This document shows positions 1-9,995 of a stretch of 59,548 bases of DNA, one piece after another. The notes under the pieces were generated by a model. It did not search any database. It was not told the origin of the DNA and saw only the letters and a program-made list of their open reading frames with translations. Positions within the stretch are counted from its first letter, which is position 1, and every line of letters begins with the position of its first letter. Made by a program: the position numbers and the translations under genes. The stretch is from IMG/VR virus record IMGVR_UViG_3300009108_000011, positions 1 through 59,548 of that record; one strand, written 5' to 3'. Origin of the DNA: a virus (lineage: Duplodnaviria; Caudoviricetes).

Positions 1-1146
1 TTATGCTATTTGAACTTCAACAAGAGCACCGTTCTTGTGAATTACCGTAAACACACCCTCATTATTTGTGTCTATTTTACGAATGTAAACATCTCTGTCT
101 CCAGAACCACTTGCTAATGTACCTACTGCTGTACCAATAGTTTGTGATTCACCTGTTTGACCAGCATAAGATGTGATTGTTGAGTTTGCAAAGTTATGAA
201 ATAATGTAGAACCTCCACCTGCACTTGCCCATGTAAGACCACCAGTATTACCTGATTGTGCTTGTAGGAATAATCCGTTTGTAGGTGCATTACTTACCTT
301 AAGATTTGCTTCATCAACTATATTATCTGCTATTGTTGTTGCATTACCTGATGAGGTTACTTCACCTGTTAAGTTTGCATTGGTTGTAATAGCAATATTT
401 CCAGTTCCATCAAAAGATGTTCCACCGATAGTCCTTGCTGTTGCTAATGCTGTAGCTGTTGCTGCGTTGCCTGTACAGCTAGCTGAACTGCCTGTTGTAT
501 TTTGGTTTAATGTGGCTACTCTTGCTGCTGCCAAAGTTCCACTTGAAATGTTACTTGCATCAGTTGTGTCTGTTGTTGCACTTGCTGCAAAACCTGCTTC
601 TGTTGGTGTTTGATTTATCCATGTACTAGACGAATTATCATATGCTAAAAGTTCATTATCTCCTACTGATGTAATCGTTACATCTCCCACATCTGCGATT
701 GCGTTAACGACTCCACCACCATATCCATACCAGTAGTTTCCCTTTCTGATCAGGATTGTTGGACTGGTAGTTGAGAGTGTTTCATTTTGACCACTAACTG
801 TTTGAATATGTCCGTCTGCACTAGGACTTGCAGTATGTGTTAAGGTGATTGTGTCACCTGTGTCTGCAAATAAATATACTAAATCATATTGACTTGTGTT
901 TGTTAATGCTAATTTATCAAGTGTGTCTGATGTACCTGATTCGGCTGCTATTACACATATAGAATCTGTTGGTGTTGCTACTCCACTTGCTATTGTAATT
1001 GTTGCGTTTGCTGGTGAGAAACCAAGCATTCCCTGTGCATCAGGATCTTCATTCCATTCATTAGAACCTACAGGTGATGAACCGTCATCTGGATATGACG
1101 AAGTGTTTACCTGTGTTGCGTGTTTATAAAGTGCTTTTCTAGCCAA
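1..1146 (-). CDS. Tail fibre-like structural protein
   Basis: T/S/G/A-rich; fibre-like motifs (ATATALATARTIGG, DVGDVTITS..LAYDNSSSTWIN); lies in the tail module; TTG start. Confidence 0.65.
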   Translation of the reverse strand: MARKALYKHATQVNTSSYPDDGSSPVGSNEWNEDPDAQGMLGFSPANATITIASGVATPTDSICVIAAESGTSDTLDKLALTNTSQYDLVYLFADTGDTITLTHTASPSADGHIQTVSGQNETLSTTSPTILIRKGNYWYGYGGGVVNAIADVGDVTITSVGDNELLAYDNSSSTWINQTPTEAGFAASATTDTTDASNISSGTLAAARVATLNQNTTGSSASCTGNAATATALATARTIGGTSFDGTGNIAITTNANLTGEVTSSGNATTIADNIVDEANLKVSNAPTNGLFLQAQSGNTGGLTWASAGGGSTLFHNFANSTITSYAGQTGESQTIGTAVGTLASGSGDRDVYIRKIDTNNEGVFTVIHKNGALVEVQIA

Positions 1147-1261
1147 TCTTTATCACCACTGTTTCATGTGTACGAACTTTATCATTAAGACCTTGTTGAG
1201 GTGTATGGTTTATAGCTTCAAGTAATTTGAATATTCCCTTCATTGTGAGTTTCTTAGCCAT
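1139..1261 (-). CDS. Small hypothetical protein, 40 aa (MAKKLTMKGIFKLLEAINHTPQQGLNDKVRTHETVVIKIG); not in ORF track
   Basis: Fills the gap between two co-oriented tail genes and overlaps the next start. Confidence 0.55.
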   Translation of the reverse strand: MAKKLTMKGIFKLLEAINHTPQQGLNDKVRTHETVVIKIG

Positions 1262-1265
1262 TTGG

Positions 1266-1814
1266 CTATACTCCATTGAATGTATGATTTACGAAAATTT
1301 TCAGAGTATCTGAAGATGTCTTGTTAAATGATGTGATACTGAAATGAGATAATACTTTTGTACTTGATGCAGGACTTGCTCCTCCTACATGTATACATCC
1401 ACCAATAATTGCGTTTGCATTAAAATCTGATGTTGTCCAACTGGTTCTCCAAGTTACAATATCTGTACCTGAACCAGTGTTGTCAGAGTCACCATCATTA
1501 GTTTTTGGATAAGTAGAATCTATTGCTTTTCTTGATGTTGTTACTGGGGTTGCTACTTCATTATATGTATCTGCTTTTGCTGGTGTTGCTGAACCTGTTC
1601 TTAATTCCATTCTACCACTAGAACCTGCAAAGTCACTTGTTGGTGATTCTCCTGCTGCCTTTTGGGCATAGAATAAATCTCCATCGTTTGTAACAATATT
1701 CTTAGCATATAACCACGATTTATTACCTTCATAATCTTCCTTAACAATACATATATTAAGATCTGGATTTATCCAGTTTGTTCGTGGTGTCTTTGATTCA
1801 AATAATCCAATCAT
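1266..1814 (-). CDS. Tail/baseplate-associated protein
   Basis: KNIVTNDG motif and C-terminal 'FNKTSSDTLKI'; resembles 3198..3665. Confidence 0.55.
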   Translation of the reverse strand: MIGLFESKTPRTNWINPDLNICIVKEDYEGNKSWLYAKNIVTNDGDLFYAQKAAGESPTSDFAGSSGRMELRTGSATPAKADTYNEVATPVTTSRKAIDSTYPKTNDGDSDNTGSGTDIVTWRTSWTTSDFNANAIIGGCIHVGGASPASSTKVLSHFSITSFNKTSSDTLKIFVNHTFNGV

Positions 1815-1838
1815 ACTAATATCACTGATTCATCAGAG

Positions 1839-1846
1839 TATTTAAA
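1839..1846 (-). promoter_or_regulatory. Archaeal BRE/TATA promoter (GAAAATC-TTTAAATA)
   Basis: TATA box 24 nt upstream of the ATG at 1814. Confidence 0.6.
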
Positions 1847-1869
1847 GATTTTCTAACCTTTATTTATAA

Positions 1870-3201
1870 CTATATCTGGTATGTCTTCTTTATTCCTAGT
1901 CCACCAGCAGATCCAGTAGAACCATCAGCACCAGTACCACCATAAGCAGAAGTACCACCAGTACCAGCAGATCCAGTAGAACCACCATTAACATTTATGC
2001 TTCCATTATTAGTTAATAATTCATATACAACACCAATAAATCCTCCAGAACCACCTCCACCAGAACCAGCACCTCCACCTCCACCAGCAGTATAATTTTG
2101 ACTACCAGAACCAGCAGTTCCATTACCACCATCAGCACCATCAGCACCATTAGATTCTATTATTCCTCCTGATGCTATTGTAATATTTTTAGCAAAAACT
2201 AATAAAGTTCCTCCACCATTTCCACCAGCTCCACCTGTTCCACCATTACCACCACTAGAGTACCCACTAGTACCCCCACCAGCACCTCCACCTGCACCTC
2301 CAGAACCACCAGCTCCATATATCTGTGGTTGTGCTCTTAGTATTTCTGTTGCATCATTAAACCGTGTATCTGCAACTATTCGTAAATCTCCTGACACACC
2401 AGATGTACCACTAGCACCAGAACCAGCACCAGAAGAACCACCAGTACCACCAGCACCAGAAGAACCACTAGCACCAGAAGTTAAATCTGCTCCCCATGAT
2501 TGTATTCCAGTATCTCCTTGACTACCACCAGCACCATTTTGTGTGGTTGCAGAACCACCATCTCCACCAGCTCTACCTTTACCTGTTGCTGACAGAGTTC
2601 CATTAACTGTTAAAGTTCCTTTTACTCGTATTATTGCATTTGTTTGATCAGCACCGTTATAACTCAGTGTTTGACTTGCATTGATTGTCAGATCATTATA
2701 ATTCTTTGGTGTATTAAAAGTTGTACTTGATGATATTGTGACATCTCCATCTGAACCGTCACCAAACCAGAATTCATCATAATCCATGTTTTGATGTGTG
2801 ATAACTCTTTCTGATATATCAACCCCTGTAACACTAGAACCGTTTGTAGTTACCTTTGCAAGTAGTATTGAATCTGTAGGTATTGTACCTGATGTATTTT
2901 TTGAAAAATCCCAAGATTCTGCTTCAGAATTACCATCTCTAGATAATGTAATATATATATAATTACTCGTATTTGCTGTTAAACTCGCTACATTTTCAGT
3001 TGCAGTTGATTCTATATGTAACCCTTTGAGTCTAGCTTCACCTAATGTGATATCCACTGAGAGACCTGTCGCTGATGATACAGTGAATCCTGATACTATA
3101 TAATCTCTAATAAAATCCTGACTAAACATCTTTTCAAAATCAGATGGTTCTACAACCTTAGCTGAAACAGAATCAGATCTAGGAATAAGTATTTTGGTCA
3201 A
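1870..3201 (-). CDS. Glycine-rich tail fibre/spike protein
   Basis: FGDGSDGDVTIS motif followed by long GGxGG repeats. Confidence 0.7.
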   Translation of the reverse strand: MTKILIPRSDSVSAKVVEPSDFEKMFSQDFIRDYIVSGFTVSSATGLSVDITLGEARLKGLHIESTATENVASLTANTSNYIYITLSRDGNSEAESWDFSKNTSGTIPTDSILLAKVTTNGSSVTGVDISERVITHQNMDYDEFWFGDGSDGDVTISSSTTFNTPKNYNDLTINASQTLSYNGADQTNAIIRVKGTLTVNGTLSATGKGRAGGDGGSATTQNGAGGSQGDTGIQSWGADLTSGASGSSGAGGTGGSSGAGSGASGTSGVSGDLRIVADTRFNDATEILRAQPQIYGAGGSGGAGGGAGGGTSGYSSGGNGGTGGAGGNGGGTLLVFAKNITIASGGIIESNGADGADGGNGTAGSGSQNYTAGGGGGAGSGGGGSGGFIGVVYELLTNNGSINVNGGSTGSAGTGGTSAYGGTGADGSTGSAGGLGIKKTYQI

Positions 3202-3665
3202 AGGCTAAGTTGCCACTCCACTATAGCTCTCTTTGAAGATGTTTTTACTAATGGAGTAGAATCAATTTGTCTAGCCCACATTAACGGTGAACCTTGGTTA
3301 TCCCTAATAGCAATTTCATTCCATGTAAAATTTGCTTCAGAGTACCCAAAATCAGCACTTAAAAACAATGTAGGTCTAACATAAACCCTGTCAGCAGTTG
3401 ATATTTGTTTCCATAGTTTATTAGTTGATGCCTGTAAGTCTGTTTGACCACTTGCTGCTGCTGTGGTAGAATCTCCTACACCTATATAATCTCCATATCC
3501 CCCACCTGTGATATTACCTATATATTTTAATATTGAATCTTTTCCTACATCAACAACTAGATTCTTTGATACTGTGTCTCTGACTAATTTCTCAGAACCA
3601 TCCTCTTGTTTTTCATATACTTTTACATGAACATGTCCGTTCATAGGAACTATTTCTTTAGCCAT
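3198..3665 (-). CDS. Tail/baseplate-associated protein
   Basis: NLVVDVGK..YIGVGDSTT..QTDL..EANFTWNEI pattern typical of virion tail proteins. Confidence 0.6.
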   Translation of the reverse strand: MAKEIVPMNGHVHVKVYEKQEDGSEKLVRDTVSKNLVVDVGKDSILKYIGNITGGGYGDYIGVGDSTTAAASGQTDLQASTNKLWKQISTADRVYVRPTLFLSADFGYSEANFTWNEIAIRDNQGSPLMWARQIDSTPLVKTSSKRAIVEWQLSL

Positions 3666-5773
3666 TATGCTCCACTTCCATATACATCTTGAGATACTCT
3701 AGAACCATAACTGGAACTACCCCAAGTTGCCCTACTCTTATCATATGTATTCACAGTTCTCGATATATTTAAGGTTTCAGTTGTTATATATGTATCTAAA
3801 ATCACTGCATTTGTATTAGCAACAAAATTTAATACTTCTTCCATTGTTTCATAATCTTGTATTTCTTTACTTGTTGTAATAGCAGATTCAAAATCATGTA
3901 GTTTTCTGACTATTTCCTGATCATCCTCAAAGAAGTCAAATAGATACTCACCCACTATTACTCTGGTCTCCATTTTAGGGTATATCCATGATATACTTTT
4001 AATTGCAAAATCACCATCCACTCCTATCGATGTGTTTTTACAATTCACAACATCATTCTCTGATAACCACCCTAATAATGAAGAGAAATTAATTTCTGTC
4101 CTTTCTTGTATCTCACTATATCTATTCAGATATGATTGAATAAATCTTATTCCGTCTTGTCTGTTTGTAATCCAATTCATTATGAGTTTTTTTGAATGAA
4201 TTCCATATTTTGTAATACTTGCTGGTCTTTCACCTTTTACTACCATAGGAATTTCATAATCAAAATTAACTACTATATTTGCACCATTGGATGGTGCTGT
4301 TGTAAATGTTATATCTTTTGACAATGTATCTAATTCATAATCTTTATTTGGGGTTTTTAATGTTCCACCAACCTTCACTTCTAAAGTAGTTGCAGGATAT
4401 AATATTGTGAATACTTTATTATTACCATCACCAGTAAATGATTGTTCATGTTTAAATTCTGTTACTTCACCTACCAATGTTAATTGATTTACAAGTTTTG
4501 TGTCATCAAATCCCTTTTTGTTTATTAATACATTACTTGTTCCATGTGTAAATGTCCTGTTAGTAATATTATTAAGACTTGCTGGCTCAAAGAAAAATTC
4601 TTCATTAGGAGTTGTATAAAATATCCTATTTGTAAATGATGCAAAGTCTCTTATTATATCATATAATTTTCCATCAGCAATGAACTTTTCAACAGTTAAA
4701 TCAGTTGCTATACCCCTATCACTAAATATGAATTGTGTATTATTAGTTATTAGATCATTTAATATATACTCAGGAGATCTATTTGAATAACTCTGACCCC
4801 TGACTTCTGTTTCCACTAATATTTTACCAAAACTCTGTGCAGTTATTTTTTTATGTGAATCATTTATGTCAATTTTTGTTATATAACCACCAAACTTTAA
4901 CGTTGATCTTGGATTAACTTTATCTTTAATAAGAGTGGAAATCTCATCATCTAGTGCTATACCCTTATATATTCTGAGTCTTAATATATTGCCATTAAAA
5001 AAGTTACCAGTAGAACCTACATTATAAGTTGTTGTTGAATCGAATACATTATTCTGAAATACATTTCCCTGAAACAACGTACCTACAGTGTGTGTGTCTC
5101 CTTTTCCTATAAGTAATGCATTAGAATTAGTTCCATTGTATGTTATAGTTGCAGTTCCTTTTGATACTCCATCTACGTATAAAGTTACTAAGTTATCTGA
5201 GTTTCTTGAAACTCTAATTAAATGTTTTTCACCGTCATTATATCCTGCACTTGAACTTCTTATTGTTGTTCCTCCCATTTTAAATGCAACTTCACCAGCA
5301 GTAAGACCGTTTACAGATACAGCATATCCATTTGGATACGAACCTGCTCTTTTATCAAGTAAGTGACCATTAGATGTAGATGTCCATTTTGCCCATATGT
5401 ATATATCAAACTCTCCTGATAGATCTAAGTTATCATTGTCTGGTATTGAAACAAACGAACTACTTCCATTAAATACAGCCTGTTTACCATAAAAATCATC
5501 TTCATCTGTATATGTTAATGATGTTGCAGAACCGTTGTTAAACACACCACTTTCATCTCTAACTCCATTTTGAAAATTTAAACATAATGATAAGTTATTT
5601 AGATCTGCCAAATCCTGTTGATAATATACTTTATCATTAACAGAAGCAGATTCATTTTTTGGTATGGAGAATTCCATTTGGTCAACTGCACGATCGCCTT
5701 CTTTTGTTAGTTTTGATTGTAAGATTGTCTTTGCTGTGTTGTTATCTCCAACCAGAATTTTTACCTTTGCCAT
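3665..5773 (-). CDS. Baseplate hub/minor tail protein with inserted LamG (ConA-like) domain
   Basis: FNGSSSFVSIPD..LDLSGEF..LYVDG..FNGNI LamG pattern; 'SITKYGI' hub motif; position after tape measure and Dit. Confidence 0.7.
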   Translation of the reverse strand: MAKVKILVGDNNTAKTILQSKLTKEGDRAVDQMEFSIPKNESASVNDKVYYQQDLADLNNLSLCLNFQNGVRDESGVFNNGSATSLTYTDEDDFYGKQAVFNGSSSFVSIPDNDNLDLSGEFDIYIWAKWTSTSNGHLLDKRAGSYPNGYAVSVNGLTAGEVAFKMGGTTIRSSSAGYNDGEKHLIRVSRNSDNLVTLYVDGVSKGTATITYNGTNSNALLIGKGDTHTVGTLFQGNVFQNNVFDSTTTYNVGSTGNFFNGNILRLRIYKGIALDDEISTLIKDKVNPRSTLKFGGYITKIDINDSHKKITAQSFGKILVETEVRGQSYSNRSPEYILNDLITNNTQFIFSDRGIATDLTVEKFIADGKLYDIIRDFASFTNRIFYTTPNEEFFFEPASLNNITNRTFTHGTSNVLINKKGFDDTKLVNQLTLVGEVTEFKHEQSFTGDGNNKVFTILYPATTLEVKVGGTLKTPNKDYELDTLSKDITFTTAPSNGANIVVNFDYEIPMVVKGERPASITKYGIHSKKLIMNWITNRQDGIRFIQSYLNRYSEIQERTEINFSSLLGWLSENDVVNCKNTSIGVDGDFAIKSISWIYPKMETRVIVGEYLFDFFEDDQEIVRKLHDFESAITTSKEIQDYETMEEVLNFVANTNAVILDTYITTETLNISRTVNTYDKSRATWGSSSYGSRVSQDVYGSGA

Positions 5774-5779
5774 TTCTCA

Positions 5780-6307
5780 TCACTCTGCTGCAATAGGTGC
5801 ACCAGCTATAAAATTAACAGTCGCTGTCCATGTAATAGGTGTTGTTCCTTGTTTGTTTATATCAATGGATTCTATTAATCCTATTCTAGAGAATCCTATA
5901 TTACCAATTATAATTTGGTATTTGTCTTCAATATATGTTGATTGAAATCCTGATAATGAAGGATTTGTTTCTGCTTGATTATTAATTAAAAACTTCACTT
6001 GATCATCTGCCAATCTATTTGTTGTTAATCCAAACGGAGTAGTTCCTGTATTTTGAGTCTGACCATCTGTATCATAATTATTTGGTAGTATAACATCTGT
6101 CGGTTCATCATGTAATGTCCAAGATACTGATATTCTACATGTATTACCCTCTGCTTTTGTTAATATATTATTAGCATCTCCTGCCAAAGGTAGTGGCATT
6201 GCAGTTGCTGGTGATACCAAATTTATTGATATAGTATTAATATTTCTGATCAGATACCTATACTTTTTACCCGTTTTAAATGATCTAATTTCTATAGTTT
6301 CAGCCAT
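5780..6307 (-). CDS. Putative distal tail (Dit-like) protein
   Basis: Immediately downstream of the tape measure gene; beta-rich. Confidence 0.5.
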   Translation of the reverse strand: MAETIEIRSFKTGKKYRYLIRNINTISINLVSPATAMPLPLAGDANNILTKAEGNTCRISVSWTLHDEPTDVILPNNYDTDGQTQNTGTTPFGLTTNRLADDQVKFLINNQAETNPSLSGFQSTYIEDKYQIIIGNIGFSRIGLIESIDINKQGTTPITWTATVNFIAGAPIAAE

Positions 6308-6308
6308 T

Positions 6309-8405
6309 TTATATTATACCTCTTCTACTGTGTGATTCTCTAAGTGCCCTTTCTACGATGGGTTTTATTTGCTGTAAATCAACATTATTTGCAACTTTAT
6401 CTATTGACACATTTATTACTACGTTATTTCTTTGATCATAATTTTGATTTCCACCTAATGCAGTATTTGGTGTTACATATTCCATACCTCTTTCACCAAA
6501 ACTCCATGTATCTCCCGTGTTTAATCCTACACCAATAACAGGCTCTGTAATCATACCACCAATGGCTCTACTCTTTTTAGTACCTGAAGCTTTCTTTTTC
6601 ATTTTTGCCATCATCTTCTTAACCTCTGAGTATGCAACACCAAAATCTATTGCTGTTGCTCTTATAATTTCTACTATTTCTCTTTCTCTTTCTTCTTTAT
6701 TTGTTGCCAACTTACTTAACACTAAATGTTCTGCTTCTTCTCTTGCAACTTTATCTGTGTATAAAGCTATACCTTCTTTATCTGCTTTTGCAAACTGTGC
6801 TCGTAGTTCTGTCTGTACCGTATTTCCTAAAATTCCTGCCTCTTTCATTGCTTCAAACTCTGCTATTATACCAACAGATTCTGCACTTAATCCAGTCTCT
6901 ATTGTTTTTAATACTTCCTTTACCCTTTCTGTACCCTCAAGCCAACTAGCCATCTTATCTTCACTCATTCCCTGTCCACCACGAGATCCAGTAGTTCCAG
7001 CTTCTGCATTTGCCCAAGCTTCAGGATTATTTGCTTTACTTTCTGCCATTAATCGTTCTAGTTCTGATTGTTGTTCTTCTTTTGAACTATAACCACCGAA
7101 TATACCAGACTTTCTATTTTTATCTTCTTCTAATTTCTTTGCAGCCTCATCTGCTTTGTCTGTTATTACTTTAATTCCATCAATGAATGTAGAGTTTGTG
7201 GATTCAATACCTGATATTATTTGCTGTGATGCCTGTGAAACCATTTGTTCCATTCCTCCTGTAACACCTGCTATTGTTTCCATTTTTTCATCAAAACTAT
7301 CAAGTAGTTTAGCGTAAGCTTCTGTTTTATTAAAAAATGGGTCTGCTAATGCTCTCATTTCTATTGCTATACTTCCTCCAACTCTTTCAGCTAACATACC
7401 AATCACTGCTGCTGGGTCTGTAAATAATGCTAGTGCTGCTATACCTACCTTTTCTCCCATTTTAAATAGATTAGCTCCTGCACCTACATTCTCTGCTCCA
7501 AACTTTAATAATCTAAGTGCTATAGGTTTCATCACACCACCAAAGAAATCCCCTATAGGTCTTAAGATAAGTGTAAATGCTGTTGACATAATCTTCATCA
7601 TTGATTGTGCTATAGGTGATGATTCTATTGCTTTAGTAATAATACTACCACCTATTCCAAGTGCACCTATTCCTCCAATCGCTAAACCTTTTCCATATTT
7701 TTCCATTCCACCTTGCATTTTATCTGAAAATATTTTTGATTTTTTCATTGCATTAACAATTCCTTGTCCTAGTTTATTTTCTCTAAGACCACCCCTTACT
7801 TTTTCGGTTCTTTCCTTTGCTTTTTGATCTCCAAACCCTATAGGTAATCCACCAATGGCTTCTTGATTTTCAGCATCAGACATCATTTCAGATTCTAACA
7901 TGAATGCCCTACCTATTGCTGATTTACCTGCTAATTTTTTACCTGCACCTAATAAACCTTTTACTCCAGATACACCTGCTGAACCACCCATTAATCCAAC
8001 ACCCATCATTTTACCAACTAATGTTCCACTTGTCATTCTTTGTATCATTTCATTAAAATGTCTTGTTTCTTCAAGTCTCATCTTATCTTTCATTCGTTTT
8101 TCTTGCAACAGCATATCTTTCTTGAATTTTACTTCTATTCTATTCAATCTTGCTGCTTCAAGTTGTTGAGAAGTTAACCTTCTATATATTTCTAAATTTT
8201 CGTTTTCTCTGTCTACATTAGCAGTTCTAAATTTTTCTGTCTTATCTCTCAGTTCTGCTGCTTGTAATTCCTTATCACTATCATGTTTATTAGGCTTTTC
8301 CAGAACATTAGTTAATTTCTCTGTTGTATCATTGAATTTTTCTAGTACCTTCTTGAATTTTTCATCAAGAACTATATTTAGATTAACATTATCTTCGTTT
8401 GCCAT
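6309..8405 (-). CDS. Tail tape measure protein
   Basis: Long helical A/G/K-rich protein with C-terminal 'AIGGMITEP..GERGMEYVTP' motif; follows the chaperone; ATG at 8405. Confidence 0.8.
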   Translation of the reverse strand: MANEDNVNLNIVLDEKFKKVLEKFNDTTEKLTNVLEKPNKHDSDKELQAAELRDKTEKFRTANVDRENENLEIYRRLTSQQLEAARLNRIEVKFKKDMLLQEKRMKDKMRLEETRHFNEMIQRMTSGTLVGKMMGVGLMGGSAGVSGVKGLLGAGKKLAGKSAIGRAFMLESEMMSDAENQEAIGGLPIGFGDQKAKERTEKVRGGLRENKLGQGIVNAMKKSKIFSDKMQGGMEKYGKGLAIGGIGALGIGGSIITKAIESSPIAQSMMKIMSTAFTLILRPIGDFFGGVMKPIALRLLKFGAENVGAGANLFKMGEKVGIAALALFTDPAAVIGMLAERVGGSIAIEMRALADPFFNKTEAYAKLLDSFDEKMETIAGVTGGMEQMVSQASQQIISGIESTNSTFIDGIKVITDKADEAAKKLEEDKNRKSGIFGGYSSKEEQQSELERLMAESKANNPEAWANAEAGTTGSRGGQGMSEDKMASWLEGTERVKEVLKTIETGLSAESVGIIAEFEAMKEAGILGNTVQTELRAQFAKADKEGIALYTDKVAREEAEHLVLSKLATNKEEREREIVEIIRATAIDFGVAYSEVKKMMAKMKKKASGTKKSRAIGGMITEPVIGVGLNTGDTWSFGERGMEYVTPNTALGGNQNYDQRNNVVINVSIDKVANNVDLQQIKPIVERALRESHSRRGII

Positions 8406-8426
8406 CAAACTATATATATCTAGTTC

Positions 8427-8938
8427 CTATTTAATGTTTTTGGGTAGAGGTGGTGGTTTTACCATCTTCCTTGTTAATTGGTCTTGTATGTCTTTATGAA
8501 TAATTAGGAGGTTTTTGAGGAATTTGACTGGTTGTCTATCTGTTGTTTCTTTATCCCATCCGAAGTTGCTTGCACAGAAGTAGTAGATTGTGGCTGTGGT
8601 TCGTTCTCCGTTGTCGAGCCCATGAATGTCACCATCCAATCCTCTAAGAATTTCGCTAAAGGGTAGTCTACCATCACTCCAGCGATGATCTGTTTAGCAG
8701 TAGATGCTTTCATGTTTCGAAGGGCTGCTGCCGAGCCCATTTCAAAAGGTGCTTTACGAATAACCTTCAATAGGATAGTTTGCCTATAATTTGGTATATT
8801 CACTTTAGGTTTTGTTACATCTGTTAAATCAACACAGTTATTGATTACAGATTCTAATTCTCCAAATGTTAAATCGTCTTCATATTCTATAACTTCTTTC
8901 TTACCTTCCCAATCTATTTCAAAGCTTTTAATTGCCAA
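8427..8938 (-). CDS. Tail assembly chaperone, -1 frameshifted long form (gpGT-like, ~170 aa)
   Basis: In-phase C CCT TTA at 8663-8657; the -1 frame is open from there to TAG at 8427. Confidence 0.8.
8504..8938 (-). CDS. Tail assembly chaperone (gpG-like)
   Basis: Lies between tail tube and tape measure genes; contains the slippery site. Confidence 0.8.
   Translation of the reverse strand: MAIKSFEIDWEGKKEVIEYEDDLTFGELESVINNCVDLTDVTKPKVNIPNYRQTILLKVIRKAPFEMGSAAALRNMKASTAKQIIAGVMVDYPLAKFLEDWMVTFMGSTTENEPQPQSTTSVQATSDGIKKQQIDNQSNSSKTS
8657..8663 (-). promoter_or_regulatory. Programmed -1 ribosomal frameshift heptamer CCCUUUA
   Basis: X XXY YYZ in the correct phase (TAC CCT TTA). Confidence 0.8.
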
Positions 8939-8973
8939 TAAGTAACACCACGTAATCGGTCTTATAAATCTTT

Positions 8974-9960
8974 CTACTCTTCTGCTGTTTGGTTGTTTTT
9001 ACATTCTATGGTTACTGATTTTACTCTCCAAGCAATGTTTTCAAACACTGGTTCATTTGGTGCAATTCCTTGAATGTCTAAACTATCTGGTGACAAACCT
9101 GTACCTGTAATTTTAATCTCTTCATTTGCGTTTTTCTGGAATAATATCTCTAGTTCTGGTGAACCTCCAACTGTCTCTGAGAATGTTCCACTTGTTCCCT
9201 TTGACACTTGCTCTAAGACATCTTCTAAGATTGTTTTATTTAAGTGTGATGCTTTGAATGATCCTGTGATATCTAATACCTGTCTGTATGTATCTACAGC
9301 TTGATTTGAGTTTAATCCATATAATAATGTGGTGTTCTGTGCAATTTGTAAGTTTAGGTCTTGTACTTGTGCCAATACACTTCCACCATATTTTAATTGT
9401 GCGTGGGCAAATGTGAATGCTCCGTGATTTAATGTTGGTTCTGATGGTGCAGTTCCAAATGTTGTTGCTGGTGCGTCTTCTTTTCCATATGTTGCTGATA
9501 ATGAACAATCTACTGTTGATCCTATTGATGTTGTTATACCTAATGTAGTCGCTACACATCCTTTTAGTGTTCTTACTATATCTGCGTTAGATGTGTCTCC
9601 TGCGTTAAAACCCACTTCAACCTGAAATGATCTTGGTTGTTTATTAATACCATTTGATGCGTGTGGATAAGTATGAGTATATGGATCTGAACTTCCTGTG
9701 GTACTAGGTGCTCCGAAAAATGCTCCCAAAATCCAAGGATTACTTAATACAAAATCTACTGAAATATCTCCTGCTTGTGTACCATATGCAAAACTTTCAT
9801 ATGTTAATTGATTTAATGCAGGTAAGTCAATTCTATTATGTGTTAAACTCCAAGAACTTAATGCGTCTTTTAAGCCAAATTTCTTATCTACTGTGGCTGA
9901 ACCACCATAAGTTGATTCATATCCATACTTAACATACGATTGTGCACCTGTTCTAACCAT
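8974..9960 (-). CDS. Major tail (tube) protein
   Basis: YGYESTYG N-terminus, PYTHTY and SFQVEVG motifs; position before the chaperone. Confidence 0.8.
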   Translation of the reverse strand: MVRTGAQSYVKYGYESTYGGSATVDKKFGLKDALSSWSLTHNRIDLPALNQLTYESFAYGTQAGDISVDFVLSNPWILGAFFGAPSTTGSSDPYTHTYPHASNGINKQPRSFQVEVGFNAGDTSNADIVRTLKGCVATTLGITTSIGSTVDCSLSATYGKEDAPATTFGTAPSEPTLNHGAFTFAHAQLKYGGSVLAQVQDLNLQIAQNTTLLYGLNSNQAVDTYRQVLDITGSFKASHLNKTILEDVLEQVSKGTSGTFSETVGGSPELEILFQKNANEEIKITGTGLSPDSLDIQGIAPNEPVFENIAWRVKSVTIECKNNQTAEE

Positions 9961-9984
9961 TCTGATATTTAAAGAGGTTGTTGA

Positions 9985-9992
9985 TATTTAAA
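9985..9992 (-). promoter_or_regulatory. Archaeal TATA promoter of the tail tube gene
   Basis: AAATC-TTTAAATA 24 nt upstream of ATG. Confidence 0.55.
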
Positions 9993-9995
9993 GAT

